Origin: a bacterium
GTDB lineage: Bacteria > Actinomycetota > Acidimicrobiia > Spongiisociales > Spongiisociaceae
Assembly (NCBI GenBank): GCA_028820935.1
Contig: JAPPHZ010000035.1
Span: forward strand, 50,747-114,746
Reading direction: 5' to 3'
Length of the DNA: 64,000 nt
The notes beneath the pieces were generated by a model, which was given only the letters and a program-made list of their open reading frames with translations, had not been told where the DNA came from and ran no database searches. A program made the position numbers and the translations under genes. Shown here piece by piece: positions 38,028-50,213 of the stretch; within the stretch, counting starts at the first letter, position 1; the number at the start of each line of letters is the position of its first letter.

Positions 38028-40046
38028 CTACCTGGTTACCTCGCTCAGTTCCTTCATCTCTCGTTTGAGCTCGGCCACCTCGTCCCGGAGCCGGGCGGCG
38101 TACTCGAAGCGGAGCTCCCGGGCGGCTTCCCTCATCTCGTCCTCGAGGCTCTGGATCAGACGCCCCAGGTCCTCGCCCGCCAGCTCCACCGGCGAGCTCA
38201 CCTCCATCGAGCCCAGGCTCCTGTCCCGGCGGCGCGATGACGACGGGCTTGACGACACCAGCTCGAGGATGTCGGACACCTTCTTGCGGATGGTCTGGGG
38301 ATCGATGCCGTGCTCCTCGTTGTAGCGCACCTGAAGGTACCGGCGGCGGTTGGTCTCCCCGATGGCGGCCCTCATCGAATCGGTCAGATCGTCCGCGTAC
38401 ATGATCACGCGTCCCGAGACATTGCGGGCGGCCCTGCCGATGATCTGGATCAGGCTGGTCTCGGAGCGGAGGAAGCCTTCCTTGTCGGCATCCAGGATCG
38501 CCACCAGGGACACCTCGGGCAGGTCGAGTCCCTCCCGGAGCAGGTTGATGCCGACCAGCACGTCGTAGTCCCCCAACCGCAGGTCGCGTAGCAACTGGAC
38601 CCGCTCGAGGGTGTCGATCTCGGAGTGGAGGTAGCGGGCCCGGACCCCCATCTCCAGCAGGTAGTCGGTCAGATCCTCGGACATCTTCTTGGTCAGCGTG
38701 GTGACCAGTATCCGGTTGCCCAGCACGGCCTGGTCCCGGATCTCCCCGATCAGATCGTCGATCTGGCCCTTGGCGGGCCTGACCACCACCTCGGGATCGA
38801 CGAGCCCGGTGGGACGGACTATCTGCTCGACGATGTTGTCGGACTGCCTGCGCTCGAAGGGGCCGGGCGTGGCCGACATGAAGATCACCTGGCCGGTCTT
38901 CTCCAGCCACTCGTCGAAGCGCAGCGGCCGGTTGTCGAGCGCCGAAGGCAGGCGGAAACCGTGCTCCACCAGCACGTCCTTCCGGCTTCGATCCCCCTCG
39001 TACTGGCCGTGGAGCTGCGGGATGGCCACGTGGCTCTCGTCGATGATGGTCAGGAAGTCGTCCGGGAAGTAGTCCAGCAACGTGTAGGGCGCCTCCCCCG
39101 GCTCCCTGCCGTCGATATGGCGGCTGTAGTTCTCGATCCCGGAGCAGAACCCCACCTCGCGGATCATCTCCAGGTCGTAGGTGGTACGCATGCGGAGCCG
39201 CTGGGCCTCGAGCAGCTTTCCCTGCTGCTCCAGTTCCGCCAGCCTCTCCCGCAGCTCTGCCTGGATACCCACCATCGCCCGCTCCATGCGTTCATCCGAA
39301 GCGGCATAGTGCGTGGCCGGGAATACCCACAGCTCCTTCATCTCGTCGATGATCTCACCTGTCACGGGGTTGATGCGGACGATCCGGTCCACCTCATCGC
39401 CGAAGTACTCCACCCGGGCGATGGTCTCCTCGTAGGCGGGAAAGACCTCGAGGGTGTCGCCCCTGACCCGGAAACGCCCCCGTACCAGGTTCACCTCGTT
39501 GCGCTGGTACTGGATGTCCACCAGCCGGCGGATGGCCTGGTGGAGCGGGAACTCGACGCCCCGGATCAGCCGCAGGACCTGCCCGGCGTACTCGTCGGGA
39601 CTGCCCAGGCCGTAGATGCACGACACGCTGGCCACGATCACCACATCGTCCCGGAACAGCAGCGACGAGGTGGCGGCGTGACGGAGCCGGTCGATCTCGT
39701 CATTGATGGTGGCGTCCTTCTCGATGTAGGTGTCGGTCTGGGGGATGTAGGCCTCCGGCTGGTAGTAGTCGTAGTAGGAGACGAAGTACTCGACCCGGTT
39801 GCCGGGGAAGAACTGGCGGAACTCCGAGGCCAACTGCGCTGCGAGGGCCTTGTTGGGAGCGATCACCAGGGCAGGGCGTTGGGCCCGCTCGATGGTCCAG
39901 GCGATGGTGGCGGACTTCCCGGAGCCGGTAATGCCCAGCAGGGTCTGGAACGCGTTGCCACGCTCCACCCCTTGGGCGAGCGCGGTAATGGCGGCAGGTT
40001 GATCACCGGCCGGGTTGAAGTCGGAAACAACTGCGAAATCCGCCAC
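38028..40046 (-). CDS. uvrB: excinuclease ABC subunit B
   Basis: 672 aa. GITGSGKS helicase motif I, beta-hairpin region, C-terminal UVR domain. Confidence 0.95.
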   Translation of the reverse strand: MADFAVVSDFNPAGDQPAAITALAQGVERGNAFQTLLGITGSGKSATIAWTIERAQRPALVIAPNKALAAQLASEFRQFFPGNRVEYFVSYYDYYQPEAYIPQTDTYIEKDATINDEIDRLRHAATSSLLFRDDVVIVASVSCIYGLGSPDEYAGQVLRLIRGVEFPLHQAIRRLVDIQYQRNEVNLVRGRFRVRGDTLEVFPAYEETIARVEYFGDEVDRIVRINPVTGEIIDEMKELWVFPATHYAASDERMERAMVGIQAELRERLAELEQQGKLLEAQRLRMRTTYDLEMIREVGFCSGIENYSRHIDGREPGEAPYTLLDYFPDDFLTIIDESHVAIPQLHGQYEGDRSRKDVLVEHGFRLPSALDNRPLRFDEWLEKTGQVIFMSATPGPFERRQSDNIVEQIVRPTGLVDPEVVVRPAKGQIDDLIGEIRDQAVLGNRILVTTLTKKMSEDLTDYLLEMGVRARYLHSEIDTLERVQLLRDLRLGDYDVLVGINLLREGLDLPEVSLVAILDADKEGFLRSETSLIQIIGRAARNVSGRVIMYADDLTDSMRAAIGETNRRRYLQVRYNEEHGIDPQTIRKKVSDILELVSSSPSSSRRRDRSLGSMEVSSPVELAGEDLGRLIQSLEDEMREAARELRFEYAARLRDEVAELKREMKELSEVTR

Positions 40047-40177
40047 GCCGCTCGATCATAGGAGGGTGGGGTGACAACCGGCTGGAGGAGGTACTGCGAG
40101 GGATCAGCAACAGACGCCTGGTGCGGGGACGGCGCCCGGATGGTCTATCGTTCGGCGCCGGCGAGACTCGAGGGACG

Positions 40178-41230
40178 ATGCCCGACTACGGCGACATGCA
40201 CGGATGGCACAGCGAGGAGTTCGTCGAACGTCCTGACTCCGATCTCCCCGCCTACATGGGGGCCACCACGTTCGCCAAGCTGCCCCTGGTAACGGACATC
40301 GGCCAGATCGCCCACCTGGCCCCTGACGCGGTCATCGTCGGCGCGCCGCTCGATGACGGCACCACCTACCGGCCGGGGGCGAGATTCGGGCCCAGGGCCA
40401 TACGGACGGGTAACAACAACTACAGCGTGTTCCACTCCCTCCAACTCGGCGTGGACCTCTTCGATGTACTGGACGTGGTCGACGCCGGTGACGCCAACAT
40501 CGAACCGGTGTGGCTGGAACGTGGCTACGCGATGATCTACCGGAAGGTGCGCGACCTGGCCGCGACGGGTGCGGTGCCGATCGTCCTCGGAGGCGACCAC
40601 GGCATCACCTGGCCGTCGGCCACCGCCATCGCGGAGGTGAACGATCCGGCGCGGATCGGGATGGTCCACTTCGACGCCCACGCCGACACCGGCGAGGTCT
40701 TCGGACCGATCGCGAACCACGGATCCCCGATGCGGAAGCTCCTCGAGTCGGACGCCATCGCCGGGCCTAACTTCGTCCAGGTGGGGCTCCGGGGTTACTG
40801 GCCGGACGGGGAGACCCTGGCCTGGATGGAGGAGAAGGGCTTCCGGTCGCACTTCATCACCGAGATCGAGGAGCATGGCGCCGAGGCGGTGGTAGACCGG
40901 GCGATCGACGAGGCATTGGACGGGGCGGACGCCGTGTACCTGAGCGTGGACATCGACGTTCTCGACCCCGCTTACGCCCCGGGGACGGGAACGGCCGAGC
41001 CAGGCGGGATGAGTACCCGCGAGCTGCTGCGGGCGGTCCGCCGGATAGTGGGCGCGGTCGAGTTGGCGGGCATGGACGTGGTGGAGGTCTCCCCGCCCTT
41101 CGACCATGCCGACCTGACGGCGATGGCGGCCAACCGTGTGGTGATGGAGGCCCTCTCCGCGCTGGCCGTCAAGAAACGGTCGGGCGCAGGGGTCCGGAGA
41201 TCTACCGGCCGGCTCGGGGACGGGTCCTGA
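40178..41230 (+). CDS. agmatinase/ureohydrolase family (arginase fold)
   Basis: Mn-binding motifs GGDHGIT, DAHADT and SVDIDVLDPAYAPGTGT. Start taken at the internal M (MPDYGD...). Confidence 0.8.
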   Translation: MPDYGDMHGWHSEEFVERPDSDLPAYMGATTFAKLPLVTDIGQIAHLAPDAVIVGAPLDDGTTYRPGARFGPRAIRTGNNNYSVFHSLQLGVDLFDVLDVVDAGDANIEPVWLERGYAMIYRKVRDLAATGAVPIVLGGDHGITWPSATAIAEVNDPARIGMVHFDAHADTGEVFGPIANHGSPMRKLLESDAIAGPNFVQVGLRGYWPDGETLAWMEEKGFRSHFITEIEEHGAEAVVDRAIDEALDGADAVYLSVDIDVLDPAYAPGTGTAEPGGMSTRELLRAVRRIVGAVELAGMDVVEVSPPFDHADLTAMAANRVVMEALSALAVKKRSGAGVRRSTGRLGDGS

Positions 41231-41795
41231 TTCGTGCCAGGGCGTCGTCGAGCGCCCTGGCCAGATGCTCCTGCGTGCCCTCGTTGTCGATGACGTAGTC
41301 GGCCGCTTCCAGCCATTCCTCGCGGCTGGGCTGCGCGGCTACGCGAGCCGCGATCTCCCCGTCCGACATGCCCCGCTCCCGTAGCCGCTCTTTTCTGAGT
41401 TCGAGGGGCGCTTCGACTATCACCCAGATCCAGTCGCCACCGGCCAACTCGGCCAGTATCGGGACCTCCAAGGCCAACGGACGGTCTCCCACCTGGCGAG
41501 CCCAGGCGGCGACGCCCTGGCGGATGGCCGGGTGGGTGATCGCCTCGAGTTCGGCGAGCTGGTCCCGGTCGCGGAAGACGATCCTTGCCAGCGCACGCCG
41601 ATCGATCGTCCCACCGGTCACGGCCGCCGGCCACCGCTCGGCCACCCGTCGGGCCACCGGATGGTCTCCCTCAAGGATCGAATGGCCCACCCGGTCGGCG
41701 TCCAGAACCGCGAAGCCCCGCTCGACCAGCAACCCCCCTGCCTGTGACTTTCCGGAACCGATGCCCCCGCCGATGACCAACCGCAGTGGCTTCAT
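41202..41795 (-). CDS. coaE: dephospho-CoA kinase
   Basis: P-loop IGGGIGSGKS. Position between uvrB and rpsA, as in mycobacteria. Confidence 0.85.
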   Translation of the reverse strand: MKPLRLVIGGGIGSGKSQAGGLLVERGFAVLDADRVGHSILEGDHPVARRVAERWPAAVTGGTIDRRALARIVFRDRDQLAELEAITHPAIRQGVAAWARQVGDRPLALEVPILAELAGGDWIWVIVEAPLELRKERLRERGMSDGEIAARVAAQPSREEWLEAADYVIDNEGTQEHLARALDDALARIRTRPRAGR

Positions 41796-41813
41796 GAGCG
41801 GCCTCGCCTGGGG

Positions 41814-43232
41814 TTACCGGCGGCCGATCCCCCGCTCCTTCAGCTCCTGCAGGATCGCTTCCAGGGAGGCATCCACGTCAAAGGAGGGCTGCTTCTCTTC
41901 TGGGGTATCCGCTCGCTCGAACTCGGACACGGCGGGACGCCGGCGCCGAGGAGGACGGTGGCCCGACTGCCGGGCGCTGAACTCGGGTAGGGCCTGCTTG
42001 ATGGAGAAGCTCACCCGGCGGCGGCCCTCGTCCATCTCGGTCAGCTTGACCTTGACCCGCTGGCCGATGGAGAGTTCCAACTCGGGGGACTCGACCCGGT
42101 GCATGGCGATCTCCGAGACGTGGACCAGACCCTCGACGCCGTCTCCGACCGCCACGAAGGCCCCGAAGGGCACCGTCTTGATCACCTCGCCCTCGAGCAC
42201 GGTTCCGACCTCGTGCTGGCGGCTGAACGCCTGCCACGGATCGGCGGTGGTCTGCTTGATGGAAAGCGATATCCGTTCCCGGTTGCGGTCGATCTCGAGG
42301 ACCTTGACGGTTACCTTCTGGCCGACCTTGACCACCTCCGACGGGTGGTTGACGTGCTTCCAACTCAACTCGGAGACGTGCACCAGGCCGTCCATCCCGC
42401 CTAGGTCCACGAAGGCCCCGAAATTCACCACGGACGAGACCGAACCGGTGCGGGTCTCTCCCACCGTGAGGTTGCTCAGGAACGCGCCCCTTTGCTCGGC
42501 CTGGGCCTCTTCCAGGTAGGCCCGCCGGGATAGCACCACGTTGTTGCGGTTGCGATCCAGCTCGATGACCTTGGCCTCGATGTCCTCGCCCACGAACGGG
42601 TCGAGATCACGAACCCGGCGGAGATCGACCAGGGAGGCGGGCAGGAAGCCCCGCAACCCGATGTCCACGATCAACCCGCCCTTGACCACTTCGATCACCG
42701 TACCCCGGACGGTGCCCTTGTTCTCCTTGACCGCCTCTATCTGACCCCAGACCCGTTCGTAGAGGGCTCGCTTCTTGGACAGGATCAGACGGCCGTGCTC
42801 GTCCTCCTTGTCGATGACCAGCACCTCGATCTTCTGGCCGATCGAGACGATCTGGTCGGGCGTGACGTTCTTGCGGATCGACAGTTCCTTGAGCGGAACG
42901 ACGCCCTCGGACTTGTAGCCGATATCGACCAAGACCTCATCCTGGCCCATGCTGACCACGTGTCCTTCGAGGATGTCGCCCTCTTTGAACTCGAGAACGG
43001 TCTCGGCGATGGCGGCTTCGAAATCCTCGGGGCCGAGGTCGTCCGGAAGGGAGCTGACGCTACGAGCCTTGATGGCGGGCGGCCCCATGACGGGGTTGTT
43101 GTCATCCGGATTGGCGACCATCTCGGTCGGCACCACGACCGGCGGTAGGGATACCGGTGCGTGGATGGTTGGTTCCGGCGTGGGAGGGCCGGTGTCCTGA
43201 GCGTTTTCTGTCTTATCGGAGGTAGGTTCCAT
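41814..43232 (-). CDS. rpsA: 30S ribosomal protein S1
   Basis: Four S1 repeats with near-identity to actinobacterial RpsA (...VGQKVTVKVLEIDRNRERISLSIKQ...). The annotated ATG at 43232 gives a ~45-aa N-terminal extension. An internal ATG at 43121 (MVANPDD...) is an alternative start. Confidence 0.9.
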   Translation of the reverse strand: MEPTSDKTENAQDTGPPTPEPTIHAPVSLPPVVVPTEMVANPDDNNPVMGPPAIKARSVSSLPDDLGPEDFEAAIAETVLEFKEGDILEGHVVSMGQDEVLVDIGYKSEGVVPLKELSIRKNVTPDQIVSIGQKIEVLVIDKEDEHGRLILSKKRALYERVWGQIEAVKENKGTVRGTVIEVVKGGLIVDIGLRGFLPASLVDLRRVRDLDPFVGEDIEAKVIELDRNRNNVVLSRRAYLEEAQAEQRGAFLSNLTVGETRTGSVSSVVNFGAFVDLGGMDGLVHVSELSWKHVNHPSEVVKVGQKVTVKVLEIDRNRERISLSIKQTTADPWQAFSRQHEVGTVLEGEVIKTVPFGAFVAVGDGVEGLVHVSEIAMHRVESPELELSIGQRVKVKLTEMDEGRRRVSFSIKQALPEFSARQSGHRPPRRRRPAVSEFERADTPEEKQPSFDVDASLEAILQELKERGIGRR

Positions 43233-43453
43233 CTTTCCTATTTCTCTGCGGGAAGGTCCTGGACTGGGTTACGAGCCGCGACGGATCACGTCTCGCCAAA
43301 GCTGATCGTGTCGGTGTGGTTGGTTGTGGACCTCCAGGCAGGAAGAGCGTCTCCGCTATGCGTCGCCGGTGACGGAGCGCGCCGAAGAATAACACCTCCC
43401 CGGCCGGCCCGGCGGGCGCGTCCTAGGAGGTTATCCGCCCGCCGTCCGCCTCG

Positions 43454-46111
43454 CTACTCCTTCACGGAGGCGAGGTCCGGTCCGATTCCCACGTCGACGG
43501 TGAGCGGTACGGCGAGTTCGACCACCCCCTCCATCATCTCGCGGACGAGGCGCACGGTGGGCTCGACAGCATCCTCTCGGACCTCGAACACTAGCTCGTC
43601 ATGGATCTGGAGCAGCATCCTCGCCTGGTCGGGAGCCAGATGCCTGTCGAGTTCGATCATTGCGATCTTGATGACATCGGCGGCGGAACCCTGAACGGGT
43701 GCGTTCAGGGCCATCCGCTCCCCCATCTGCCGGGTCCGCCAGTTGCCCGACAGCAGCTCGGGAAGGTACCGGCGGCGCCCGAACAGCGTGGTGGTGTAGC
43801 CGACCTTTCGTGCCTCCCGCACCACCTCCCTGAGGTAGTGGCGCACGTCGGGGAACTGCCGGAAGTAGGTGTCCATGTGCTCCTGGGCCTCCGCCCGTCC
43901 GATCTTCAGCCGGTCGGCGAGGCCGTAGGCCTCCATCCCGTAGAGGAGGCCGAAGTTGATCGCCTTTGCCCGGCGCCTGGTATCGGCCGTGACCGTGGCG
44001 GCAGTGAGCCCGAACACGCGCGCCGCCGTGGCGGTGTGGATGTCCTCACCGGCCAAGAACGCATCCAGCAGGCCGGGATCCTCGGAAAGGTGGGCCAGGA
44101 TCCGGAGCTCGATCTGGGAGTAGTCGGCCACGACGAAACGGAATCCCTCGGCGGCGACGAAGGCTCGCCGGATGGTGCGGCCCAGCTCGGAGCGGACCGG
44201 GATGTTCTGGAGGTTGGGCCGGTCCGAGGACAGTCGCCCTGTGGAGGCGCCCGTCTGGTTGAACCGGGCGTGGATCCGCTGATCGGGTCCGATCAACGGC
44301 AGGTAGCCCTTGACGTAGGTGCTCCGTAGCTTCTCCACCTCGCGGTAACGAAGGACGAGCCCGACGATGGGATGGGCTTCCTTCAGCTTCTCGAGCACCG
44401 AGGCATCGGTGCTGGGTGTTCCCCGGGAGGTCTTCTTCACCACGCGCAGCCCGAGGTCGCCGAAGAGCACCTTTCCGAATTGCTGGCTGGACTTGATGTT
44501 GAACTTCCGACCGGCCTGTTCGTGTATCTCGGTCTCCAACCCGGCGAGTTCGGCCCCGAGGCCTGCACCCATCTGCTCGAGGTAGCTGCTGTCCACCGCG
44601 ATCCCGTGCTGCTCCATCCGGGCCAGCACCCGCACCAGGGGCAGCTCCATCTCTCGTAGCAGGGTCAACTGGTCCCGATCCGCCAGCTCCGCCTCCATAA
44701 CGGCCTGCAGGTCGCGGACCGCCATGGCTCTGGCCCCGGCCGCCTCCAGGTCCGGGCCTCCACCGAAGTCGAAGGTGGCCTGGCCGTCATCGGCTGCCCC
44801 GCTCTCCGTGGCGGTCAGGTCGGCCGCCAGGAAGCGGGAGGCCAGGTCCTCCAGCTTCTCCGATCGACCGGCCGGGCCGATGATGTATCCCGCCAGTTCA
44901 GGATCGAACTCCAGCCCGTCCAGTTCGTAGCCGGTCCGGTGCAACTTCTGCGCCAGTTTCTTCGACTTGTAGGCGGAGTGCGGCACGCCGGGATCGGCCA
45001 GAGCGGGCGCGAGATCATCCAGGAGCGACGCGGGCACGTAGTAGGCCGTCCCGGCCATGGGTTCGGACCCGCCCGGCGCCGCCTCTCCGAGAAGGGGGAC
45101 GACCATCAGCCCGATCAACTCGCCCGACTCGTGAACCGGCTCCACGGCCAGGCCTGCCGCGCCTGCCAGCGTTGCGGCCTCGGTGGCCGACTGCACCACG
45201 CGTACCTCCACCTCGACGGCCGTCTCGGCCACCGGAGAAGTGCCGCCCTCCTGATCCGTCAAGCGAGTCCAGAGCGTGGCGAACTCCAGCCGGTCGAAGA
45301 CCGCTTGTACCGACGGCCAGTCAAGGTCTCTCCGGCGGAGCCGGTCCTCATCGACTTCGAGGTCCAGGTCGTCGACCAGCGCCATCAGCTCGCGGTTGAG
45401 CAGGACCTGTTCCCTGTGGGCGGTGAGGTTGCTACGCAGCCTCGGAGGAAAGGTCTCGACATGCGAGAGGACGCCCTCCAGGTCGTCGAACTCCGACAGG
45501 AGCCGAGCGGCGGTCTTCTCCCCCACCCCCGGAACACCGGGCAGGTTGTCGGACGTGTCGCCGCGCAGGGCTGCGTAGTCCAGATACTGCCCCGGCCGTA
45601 CCCCGTACTTGCCCTCGACCCACTCCGGATCCACCATCACCGTGTCGGAGATCCCCCGGCGGGTGTAGATCACCCTCACGGTCGGGGACACCAGCTGGAA
45701 GCTGTCACGGTCTCCCGTGACTACCAGCACCTGCCAGCCGAGGTCGGTCACCATCTTCACGATGGTCGCGATCACATCGTCGGCCTCGAAACCGGGGCGT
45801 TCCATCTGGAGGATCCCCATGGCCTCCAGCACCTCACGGATCAGGGGGAGCTGGCTGCGGAACAGGTCCGGCGTCGACGCTCTTTGGGCCTTGTAGTCGG
45901 CGTAGCGCTCGGTGCGGAAGGTGGACCTCCCCACGTCCCACGCCACCGCCATACCGTCGGGCCGGTGCTCGCCGAGCAGCTTGATCAGCATCGAGGTGAA
46001 GCCGAACGCGGCGTTGGTCACCAGGCCGGAACTGGTGGCGAGGTCGGGAGGAAGGGCGTAGAAGGCGCGGTAGGCGAGACTATGGCCGTCCACGAGGGCC
46101 AGGGTGGGCAT
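43454..46111 (-). CDS. polA: DNA polymerase I
   Basis: 5'-3' exonuclease, inactive proofreading region and polymerase domain (...[15 protein letters not shown]...). Start at [20 protein letters not shown] (46111). The 60-nt upstream extension would overlap tRNA-Leu. Confidence 0.9.
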   Translation of the reverse strand: MPTLALVDGHSLAYRAFYALPPDLATSSGLVTNAAFGFTSMLIKLLGEHRPDGMAVAWDVGRSTFRTERYADYKAQRASTPDLFRSQLPLIREVLEAMGILQMERPGFEADDVIATIVKMVTDLGWQVLVVTGDRDSFQLVSPTVRVIYTRRGISDTVMVDPEWVEGKYGVRPGQYLDYAALRGDTSDNLPGVPGVGEKTAARLLSEFDDLEGVLSHVETFPPRLRSNLTAHREQVLLNRELMALVDDLDLEVDEDRLRRRDLDWPSVQAVFDRLEFATLWTRLTDQEGGTSPVAETAVEVEVRVVQSATEAATLAGAAGLAVEPVHESGELIGLMVVPLLGEAAPGGSEPMAGTAYYVPASLLDDLAPALADPGVPHSAYKSKKLAQKLHRTGYELDGLEFDPELAGYIIGPAGRSEKLEDLASRFLAADLTATESGAADDGQATFDFGGGPDLEAAGARAMAVRDLQAVMEAELADRDQLTLLREMELPLVRVLARMEQHGIAVDSSYLEQMGAGLGAELAGLETEIHEQAGRKFNIKSSQQFGKVLFGDLGLRVVKKTSRGTPSTDASVLEKLKEAHPIVGLVLRYREVEKLRSTYVKGYLPLIGPDQRIHARFNQTGASTGRLSSDRPNLQNIPVRSELGRTIRRAFVAAEGFRFVVADYSQIELRILAHLSEDPGLLDAFLAGEDIHTATAARVFGLTAATVTADTRRRAKAINFGLLYGMEAYGLADRLKIGRAEAQEHMDTYFRQFPDVRHYLREVVREARKVGYTTTLFGRRRYLPELLSGNWRTRQMGERMALNAPVQGSAADVIKIAMIELDRHLAPDQARMLLQIHDELVFEVREDAVEPTVRLVREMMEGVVELAVPLTVDVGIGPDLASVKE

Positions 46112-46130
46112 GCGATGATCGTAGCCGTAG

Positions 46131-46214
46131 TACCGGGAATGGGACTCGAACCCATACGCCCTTGCGGGCACCGGATTTTGAGTCCGGCGCGTCTACCAAT
46201 TCCGCCATCCCGGC
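46131..46214 (-). tRNA. tRNA-Leu (anticodon CAA)
   Basis: Reverse complement GCCGGGATGGCGGAATTGGTAGACGCGCCGGACTCAAAATCCGG...GGTTCGAGTCCCATTCCCGGTA. Long variable arm. Confidence 0.85.
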
Positions 46215-46365
46215 GAGCGGGCGCCGATCTTACCCCGACGCGCCACCTTGCAGGAGGGTATCCCCATCGCCGTGGGGTTCGCTCGCTAGCCTGCAACTCC
46301 CGGACCGGGTGAGTTCGCCTACCCGCGAACCCCGGAGAAACCGCTCTCGAGCACCGTCGCAGGTC

Positions 46366-48150
46366 ATGGATCAATCTCGCATACGCAACGTCGCGATCAT
46401 CGCTCACATCGACCACGGCAAGTCGACACTGGCCGATCGATTCCTGGAGATCTGCGGGGCCGTAGAAGCACGCCGGATGCGCGCCCAGTACCTCGACAAC
46501 ATGGAACTGGAGCGCGAGCGCGGTATCACCATCAAACTCCAGAGCGTCCGCCTGGAGTACGGACCCTGGCGGATCAACCTGATCGACACGCCCGGCCATG
46601 TCGACTTCGGCTACGAGGTGTCCCGCTCGCTGGCGGCATGCGAGGGGGTGATCCTCCTGGTGGACGCCGCCCAGGGCATCGAGGCCCAGACCCTGGCCAA
46701 CTGCACGCTGGCCCTTGAGCACGATCTGGCCGTGGTGCCGGTTCTCAACAAGGTGGACCTACCCGCCGCCGATCCCGACCGGGTGGCCGAGGAGATCGAA
46801 CAGGTCTTGGGCATCGCGGCCGAGGAGGTGCTCGCGGTCTCGGCCAAGACCGGCGAGGGTGTTACCGGGCTGCTCGACGCGGTTTGCCGGCGCGTACCGC
46901 CCCCGGAGGACGATCCCGATGCCGAGCTGGCCGCCCTGGTGTTCGACTCGCATTTCGACAACTACCGGGGCGTGATCAGCTCGATCAGGGTCGTGCGGGG
47001 CACGCTCCGCTCCGGCTCGCGTGTGCATTTCATGCAGACCGGCGCTGTCTACAACGTCCAGGAGATCGGGGTACGCACCCCGTCAGCCGCTCCCGTGGAG
47101 CAGCTGGGTCCGGGGGAGGTGGGATACCTCATATCGGGGGTCAAGAACACTGCGGAGGCCCGCCCCGGCGAGACCGTGACCGACGCCGCCCGTCCCGCCT
47201 CCACCCCCCTACCCGGATATCGTGAACCGAAGCCCATGGTGTTCTGCGGGCTCTATCCCCTTGATGGCGACGAGTACCCCGAACTGCGGGATGCCCTCGA
47301 CCGGCTGCGCCTCAACGACTCCAGCTTCACCTACGAGCCGGAGACCTCCACCGCTCTCGGTTTCGGCTACCGGTGCGGCTTCCTGGGCCTGTTGCACATG
47401 GAGATCATCACCCAGCGCCTCGCGCGCGAGTTCGCCCTTGACATCATCACCACCAAGCCGTCGGTGGAGTACCGGGTGCGGACCGCGGCCGGGAACGAGG
47501 TACCCGTCGACAACCCCGCCAAGATGCCCCCGGCCGGCGAGGTGGTGGCCATCGCGGAGCCGATACTGGCCGCGAGCATCATCAGCCCGGCCCGCTACAC
47601 GGGACGCCTAATGGACCTCTGCCAGGGCCGCCGGGGACGCATCAAGGGCATGGAGTACCTGTCTCCCGAGCGGGTCGAACTGCGTTACCGTGTCCCGCTC
47701 GCCGAGGTGGTGACCGACTTCTACGACCAGCTGAAGAGCCGGACCAGGGGCTACGCCAGCCTGGACTACGAGCCCGACGGGTACGAGGACGCCGACCTGG
47801 TGAAGGTGGACATCCTGCTGCATCACGACCCGGTCGACGCCTTCAGCGCCATCGTCCACCGGGAAGCCTCCTATCCCTACGGGCGCCGGATGACCGAGAA
47901 GCTCAGGGAGCTGATCCCCCGCCAGCAGTTCGACGTGCCGATCCAGGCCGCCATCGGCAGCAGGATCATCGCCCGCGAGACCGTGAAGGCCTACCGCAAG
48001 GACGTCACTGCCAAACTCTACGGGGGCGACGTGACCCGCAAGCGCAAGCTGCTACAGCGCCAGAAGGCCGGCAAGCGGAGGATGAAGGCGATCGGAAGCG
48101 TCGATGTCCCACCCGAGGCCTTCATCTCGGTGATGAGGATGACTTCCTAG
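46366..48150 (+). CDS. lepA: elongation factor 4 (LepA)
   Basis: [28 protein letters not shown] (G1 motif) and LepA-specific C-terminus. The upstream 68 in-frame codons overlap the tRNA and were rejected. Confidence 0.95.
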   Translation: MDQSRIRNVAIIAHIDHGKSTLADRFLEICGAVEARRMRAQYLDNMELERERGITIKLQSVRLEYGPWRINLIDTPGHVDFGYEVSRSLAACEGVILLVDAAQGIEAQTLANCTLALEHDLAVVPVLNKVDLPAADPDRVAEEIEQVLGIAAEEVLAVSAKTGEGVTGLLDAVCRRVPPPEDDPDAELAALVFDSHFDNYRGVISSIRVVRGTLRSGSRVHFMQTGAVYNVQEIGVRTPSAAPVEQLGPGEVGYLISGVKNTAEARPGETVTDAARPASTPLPGYREPKPMVFCGLYPLDGDEYPELRDALDRLRLNDSSFTYEPETSTALGFGYRCGFLGLLHMEIITQRLAREFALDIITTKPSVEYRVRTAAGNEVPVDNPAKMPPAGEVVAIAEPILAASIISPARYTGRLMDLCQGRRGRIKGMEYLSPERVELRYRVPLAEVVTDFYDQLKSRTRGYASLDYEPDGYEDADLVKVDILLHHDPVDAFSAIVHREASYPYGRRMTEKLRELIPRQQFDVPIQAAIGSRIIARETVKAYRKDVTAKLYGGDVTRKRKLLQRQKAGKRRMKAIGSVDVPPEAFISVMRMTS

Positions 48151-48212
48151 TTGCTAGTTCCTAGTTGCTAGTCATAATCAATAAACGCCGGTGAGTATTG
48201 ACTAAACCCTAG
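48146..48212. repeat. CTAG-rich spacer (copy E) between convergent lepA and trpA
   Basis: cctagttgctagttcctagttgctagtcataatcaataaacgccggtgagtattgactaaaccctagg; the first TAG is the lepA stop. Confidence 0.8.
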
Positions 48213-49000
48213 GAAAGGGCGACCGTCAGGGCGCGGGTAGCGGAGGCTATCTCTGGGATCGGATCGTCCGATGCCAGCGCCCGGCGCACCAGGGCGGACC
48301 CGACGATGATGCCGTCCACGTGGGGCGCCAGGGCGGCCGCCTGCTCGGGAGTTCCTATGCCCACGCCCATCACCAAAGGCGTCCCGGTCACGGCCCTGAT
48401 CCGCTCCGCGAGGCGGCGGGGGACGTCCGACACCTCGTCCCGCTCCCCGGTCACCCCCATCGCTGCCACACCGTAGATGAACACCGGGTCGCGGGCGGCG
48501 ATCCTGGCGAGGCGCTCGTCATGCGTGGTGGGCGCGGCGAACAGCACCAGGCCGATGCCCGCCCCCTCGGTCGCCTCGATCACCGGCCCGGCCTCCTCGA
48601 GGGGCAGGTCGGCGACGATCAGCCCCGCGGCTCCGGCATCGGCGGCCCGGCGCGCGAACTCGACCGGGCCGACCCGGAACACCGGGTTGGCGTAGGACAT
48701 CGCCAGCGAGGGCCGGCCGGTGGCCTCCACGACCCGGCGGAGGACATCGAACCCGCCGCCGAGCGTCATGCCCTGCTCGATCGCCCGCTGGCTCGCCACC
48801 TGGATGGTGGGGCCGTCCATGAGCGGGTCGCTGTAGGGGATACCGACCTCGAAGGCGTCGGCGCCGGCTTCCGCCATCGCGATGAACGTCTCGACCGTCT
48901 CTCCCGGGCTGGGAAGTCCGGCGGTCATGAAGGGCAGGAAGGCGGTGCGACCCTCCCTCCTCACGTCGGCGAACAGCCGGTCGAGGCCCTTGCGGCTCAT
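48209..49000 (-). CDS. trpA: tryptophan synthase alpha chain
   Basis: 263 aa TIM barrel, ...FLPFMTAGLPSP...GADAFEVGIPYSDPLMDGPTIQ. Confidence 0.9.
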   Translation of the reverse strand: MSRKGLDRLFADVRREGRTAFLPFMTAGLPSPGETVETFIAMAEAGADAFEVGIPYSDPLMDGPTIQVASQRAIEQGMTLGGGFDVLRRVVEATGRPSLAMSYANPVFRVGPVEFARRAADAGAAGLIVADLPLEEAGPVIEATEGAGIGLVLFAAPTTHDERLARIAARDPVFIYGVAAMGVTGERDEVSDVPRRLAERIRAVTGTPLVMGVGIGTPEQAAALAPHVDGIIVGSALVRRALASDDPIPEIASATRALTVALS

Positions 49001-49004
49001 CAGA

Positions 49005-50213
49005 TCACCTCATCCCGATCTTGGCGGCGATCATCTCGACGTCCTTGTCGCCGCGCCCGGAGAGGTTGATCAGGACGGTGCGGTCCCGCAGGGCATCGGC
49101 TTCCTTGGCCACCCAGGCCACCGCGTGGGCCGACTCGAGGGCGGGAATGATCCCCTCGGTGCGGGAGAGCAGGTCGACTCCTCCCAGGGCCTCCTCGTCG
49201 GTTATGGATACGTACCGGGCCAGACCCGTGTCGGCGAAGTAAGCGTGCTCGGGCCCCACTCCCGGATAGTCGAGGCCGGCCGAGATCGAATGCGCCTCCA
49301 GCACCTGGCCCTCGTCGTCCTGGAGCATGTAGGTACGGGCGCCGTGGAGGATGCCGGGCGAACCGGCCCCTATCGATGCGCCGTGCCGGCCGGTCTCGAT
49401 ACCGTGACCCGCCGCCTCCACGCCGACCAACTCCACCTTTTCGAGACCGGCGAACGGGAAGAACATGCCGATGGCGTTGGACCCCCCGCCCACGCAGGCC
49501 ACGACCACGTCGGGCATCTCCCCCTCGAGTTGGGCGATGCTCTCCTCGCCGATCACCTTCTGGAACTCCCGGACGATCCACGGGAAGGGATGGGGGCCGA
49601 CGACCGACCCGATTATGTAATGCGTGGTCTCCACCGTGCGTACCCAGTCGCGCATGGCCTCGTTGACGGCGTCCTTCAGGGTGCCGGCTCCCGATGTGAC
49701 CGGGACCACGTCGGTCCCGAGCATGCGCATCCTCTGCACGTTGAGGGCCTGGCGCTCGATGTCCTTCTCGCCCATGTAGACCAGGCACTCCAGGCCCGCG
49801 TAGGCGGCGGCGGTGGCGGTGGCGACCCCGTGCTGGCCGGCGCCCGTCTCGGCTATGAGCCGGGACTTGCCCATGCGGTTGGTGAGAAGGGCCTGGCCCA
49901 GGGCGTTATTGATCTTGTGGGCGCCGGTGTGGGCCAGGTCCTCCCGCTTGAGGAGGACGCGCACGCCGAGCTCCTGCGACAGATGGTCGGCGGAGCGGAG
50001 GGGGGTGGGCCGGCCCGTGTAGCTGGCCAGCAGGTCATGGAACGCGCTGACGAAGCCCGGGTCGATCCACGCTTCGGCGAACTCGGAGGCCAACTCCTCC
50101 AGGGCGGGCATCAGGGTCTCGGGAGCGAACATGCCGCCGTAGTCGCCGAACCTGCCCCGTTCGTCAGGCCGGTCCAACCTGGGACCCGGACCCGTCGCGG
50201 CGGTTACCGTCAT
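49005..50213 (-). CDS. trpB: tryptophan synthase beta chain
   Basis: PLP motif ...[21 protein letters not shown]. Start at MTVTAATG (ATGA overlap with trpF). The upstream extension was rejected. Confidence 0.9.
   Translation of the reverse strand: MTVTAATGPGPRLDRPDERGRFGDYGGMFAPETLMPALEELASEFAEAWIDPGFVSAFHDLLASYTGRPTPLRSADHLSQELGVRVLLKREDLAHTGAHKINNALGQALLTNRMGKSRLIAETGAGQHGVATATAAAYAGLECLVYMGEKDIERQALNVQRMRMLGTDVVPVTSGAGTLKDAVNEAMRDWVRTVETTHYIIGSVVGPHPFPWIVREFQKVIGEESIAQLEGEMPDVVVACVGGGSNAIGMFFPFAGLEKVELVGVEAAGHGIETGRHGASIGAGSPGILHGARTYMLQDDEGQVLEAHSISAGLDYPGVGPEHAYFADTGLARYVSITDEEALGGVDLLSRTEGIIPALESAHAVAWVAKEADALRDRTVLINLSGRGDKDVEMIAAKIGMR

Noticed and set aside
41814-43232. Shorter rpsA starting at 43121 (MVANPDD...)
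   Set aside because: Not rejected outright. The longer form has an adjacent GGAAAG and is retained as the feature, but the 45-aa N-terminal extension is absent from mycobacterial S1. The true start is uncertain.
43233-43453. 220-bp rpsA-polA intergenic region as a candidate ncRNA or regulatory leader
   Set aside because: Plausibly the rpsA 5'-UTR, since S1 autoregulation is known. I could not identify a convincing conserved structure or repeat by eye, so it is left unannotated.
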